NCBI GenBank assembly: GCA_973895155.1
Contig: OZ316891.1
Location: 5,737,708-5,801,707 of the forward strand
Length of the DNA stretch: 64,000 nucleotides
Source: Marsupella aquatica
Lineage: Eukaryota; Plantae; Marchantiophyta
Direction: 5' to 3'
Positions 62,421 to 64,000 of the stretch are shown here, piece by piece. A program made the translations under genes and the position numbers. The notes under the pieces were generated by a model that ran no database searches, was not told the origin of the DNA, and saw nothing but the letters and a program-made list of their open reading frames with translations. Position 1 is the stretch's first letter; each line of letters begins with the position of its first letter.

Positions 62421-63256
62421 CTGATGGCACTCCTTACTCTTCGAGAGTGATTATGGAGACAGCAAAGGGGAAGTGGGTGCTCATTGATGGAGGTACAGGT
62501 GAGGAAGAGACTGTCCCTATTGTTTTTGTTGAGGTGATACAGGCCAGGTCAAGACTGTCCCTGCTGTTCCTATGGATGAACCACAACTGAAGAAAGCAAA
62601 GGATAGAGCATCAGTATAAGGAACTGAACTTTCATTCTTTGTGGAAGTTCTTGGGTTAGATTGTGGATCCATCTATGAGGATGATAAATTTATTTTTGTG
62701 TTTTGTGCAGTGTCCTAATGTGTAGAATCAAGTTTGCAGACTGGGCTGAACTCAGAAGTCCTAGTTGAGGCTGCTCAGTGTGAAGCAGCTGTTACAGCTG
62801 TGAGCTCGAGCCGGAGGCTGTGGTGCCTTTTCCCTGATTGCACCAAGCTGTGATGAGCCAATCCACTTCAGTCGACAACCACAATTTAATGCTTTTTGAC
62901 TGTTTTCTTGAGTCCATGGGCTGGGACAGGTTGAGTGTTGAGCCAAGGTGGCGAGGGATTGCTCCCCGTAAGGTGACTGTTGTTAACCCTGTGGTGAATA
63001 CTTTTTTTGATAAAATTAAAGCACTAACCAATTGCACCATGAAAGGTTGCACGTTCAACCTTAATTTTGACCCACATGGAGGAGGAGCAACATTATTCTA
63101 CGCTTAGCTATCTAGTAGATTATAGCAGACTGCTCAGATTATAGCAACTAGTGGAAACTAGTATGGGTGTCCAGAATTGCCTGGAGGTGTTCCATCTTCT
63201 TTAGCTTTCTGAGCCATTGAACTCTAATTTTTGTTTACACATCACTAAAGTTCTAT

Positions 63257-63388
63257 CCCCCACCATGGGATTTCATTATCAAAGTTCTTGAATTTTTGAA
63301 CCCCCACCATGGGATTTCATTATCAAAGTTCTTGCATTTTTGAACCCCCACCATGGGATTTCATTATCAAAGTTCTTGAGTTTTTGAA
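63257..63388. repeat. 44-bp tandem repeat x3
   Basis: CCCCCACCATGGGATTTCATTATCAAAGTTCTTG.ATTTTTGAA starts at 63257, 63301 and 63345. Confidence 0.92.
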
Positions 63389-63629
63389 TTTGCCAGCTGT
63401 ATCCACAAATTAACTGGTGTCCAAATACCCTTAGCTAGTCATGAAAGTAGTCCCTGGGATTGCACTTAGACAGGGACGACTCTGTGTTTCTTCCGCAGAG
63501 AACAGCAGAGTGTGTGCGGACAATTTTGGCCATCCTTGGCTCAGGGAGAGCCACTTCGCGTTCAATGGCGACGAATGTGTCCGCAACGTGACACAGCAAT
63601 TGGCAACTGCATTGTGGGTCGATTGATTT

Positions 63630-64000
63630 GTGCACGACCTTGGTTGAGCTCTAAGATCCGCTTGCCTCTTCAGGTCTGGGTGTAACAAAGTTCTTGAGCA
63701 ATAGAGATTGGCTTCGTTCTCTTCGGGTTGATCGTAGTGCTGCTCTTGAACGTTTTGAGTCGCGTCACAGTGCTCTTGCATTCTCTTCGCTTTTTGGTAT
63801 CCGTGACTTTCTGGTAAACTTACCTCATCTTTTGACTACTTCTGTGGCACAGGCAGATGGCAAACATTGACGACATTCATGATTCGTGCACGACCTTGAT
63901 TGAGCTCTAAGATCCGTTCTGGGTACGACAAATTTCTTGAGCTGTAGACATTTGCTTCATTCTCTTGTGAATGATTGTAGTGCCGCAACGTTTTGAGTCA
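63630..64000. repeat. Diverged ~255-bp-period duplication running off the window end
   Basis: 'gtgcacgaccttg.ttgagctctaagatccg...ttcttgagc..taga...aacgttttgagtc' occurs at ~63631 and ~63886. Confidence 0.7.

Overview
Eukaryotic, intron-rich, repeat-rich genomic DNA from a land plant; a bryophyte such as a liverwort is my inference and is not provable from this window. Four protein-coding genes can be reconstructed. (1) A small 2-exon gene of unknown function (772-1581, -). (2) A 4-exon, ~1659-aa NLR-like STAND gene (22036-28422, +) with an unusual architecture: helical N-terminal domain, NB-ARC-like NTPase, acidic linker, ~15 tandem 45-aa armadillo repeats encoded by near-identical 135-bp units, then 3 TPRs. 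(3) A 15-exon BOP1/ERB1 ribosome-biogenesis gene (36507-41788, +) containing a U12-type AT-AC intron. (4) A multi-exon conserved plant coiled-coil protein of unknown function (46227-50983, -). Intergenic DNA holds CACTA-like remnants, a decayed DUF3504/Crypton-like tyrosine-recombinase ORF, MITE-like and TIR-like dispersed repeats, and several short tandem arrays. The standout is the ARM-repeat NLR-like gene. Its repeats are highly homogenised at the DNA level, but much of their variation falls at predicted ligand-groove positions, resembling the evolvable sensor arrays of fungal NLRs. All coordinates and exon models were read by eye; no searches were run.
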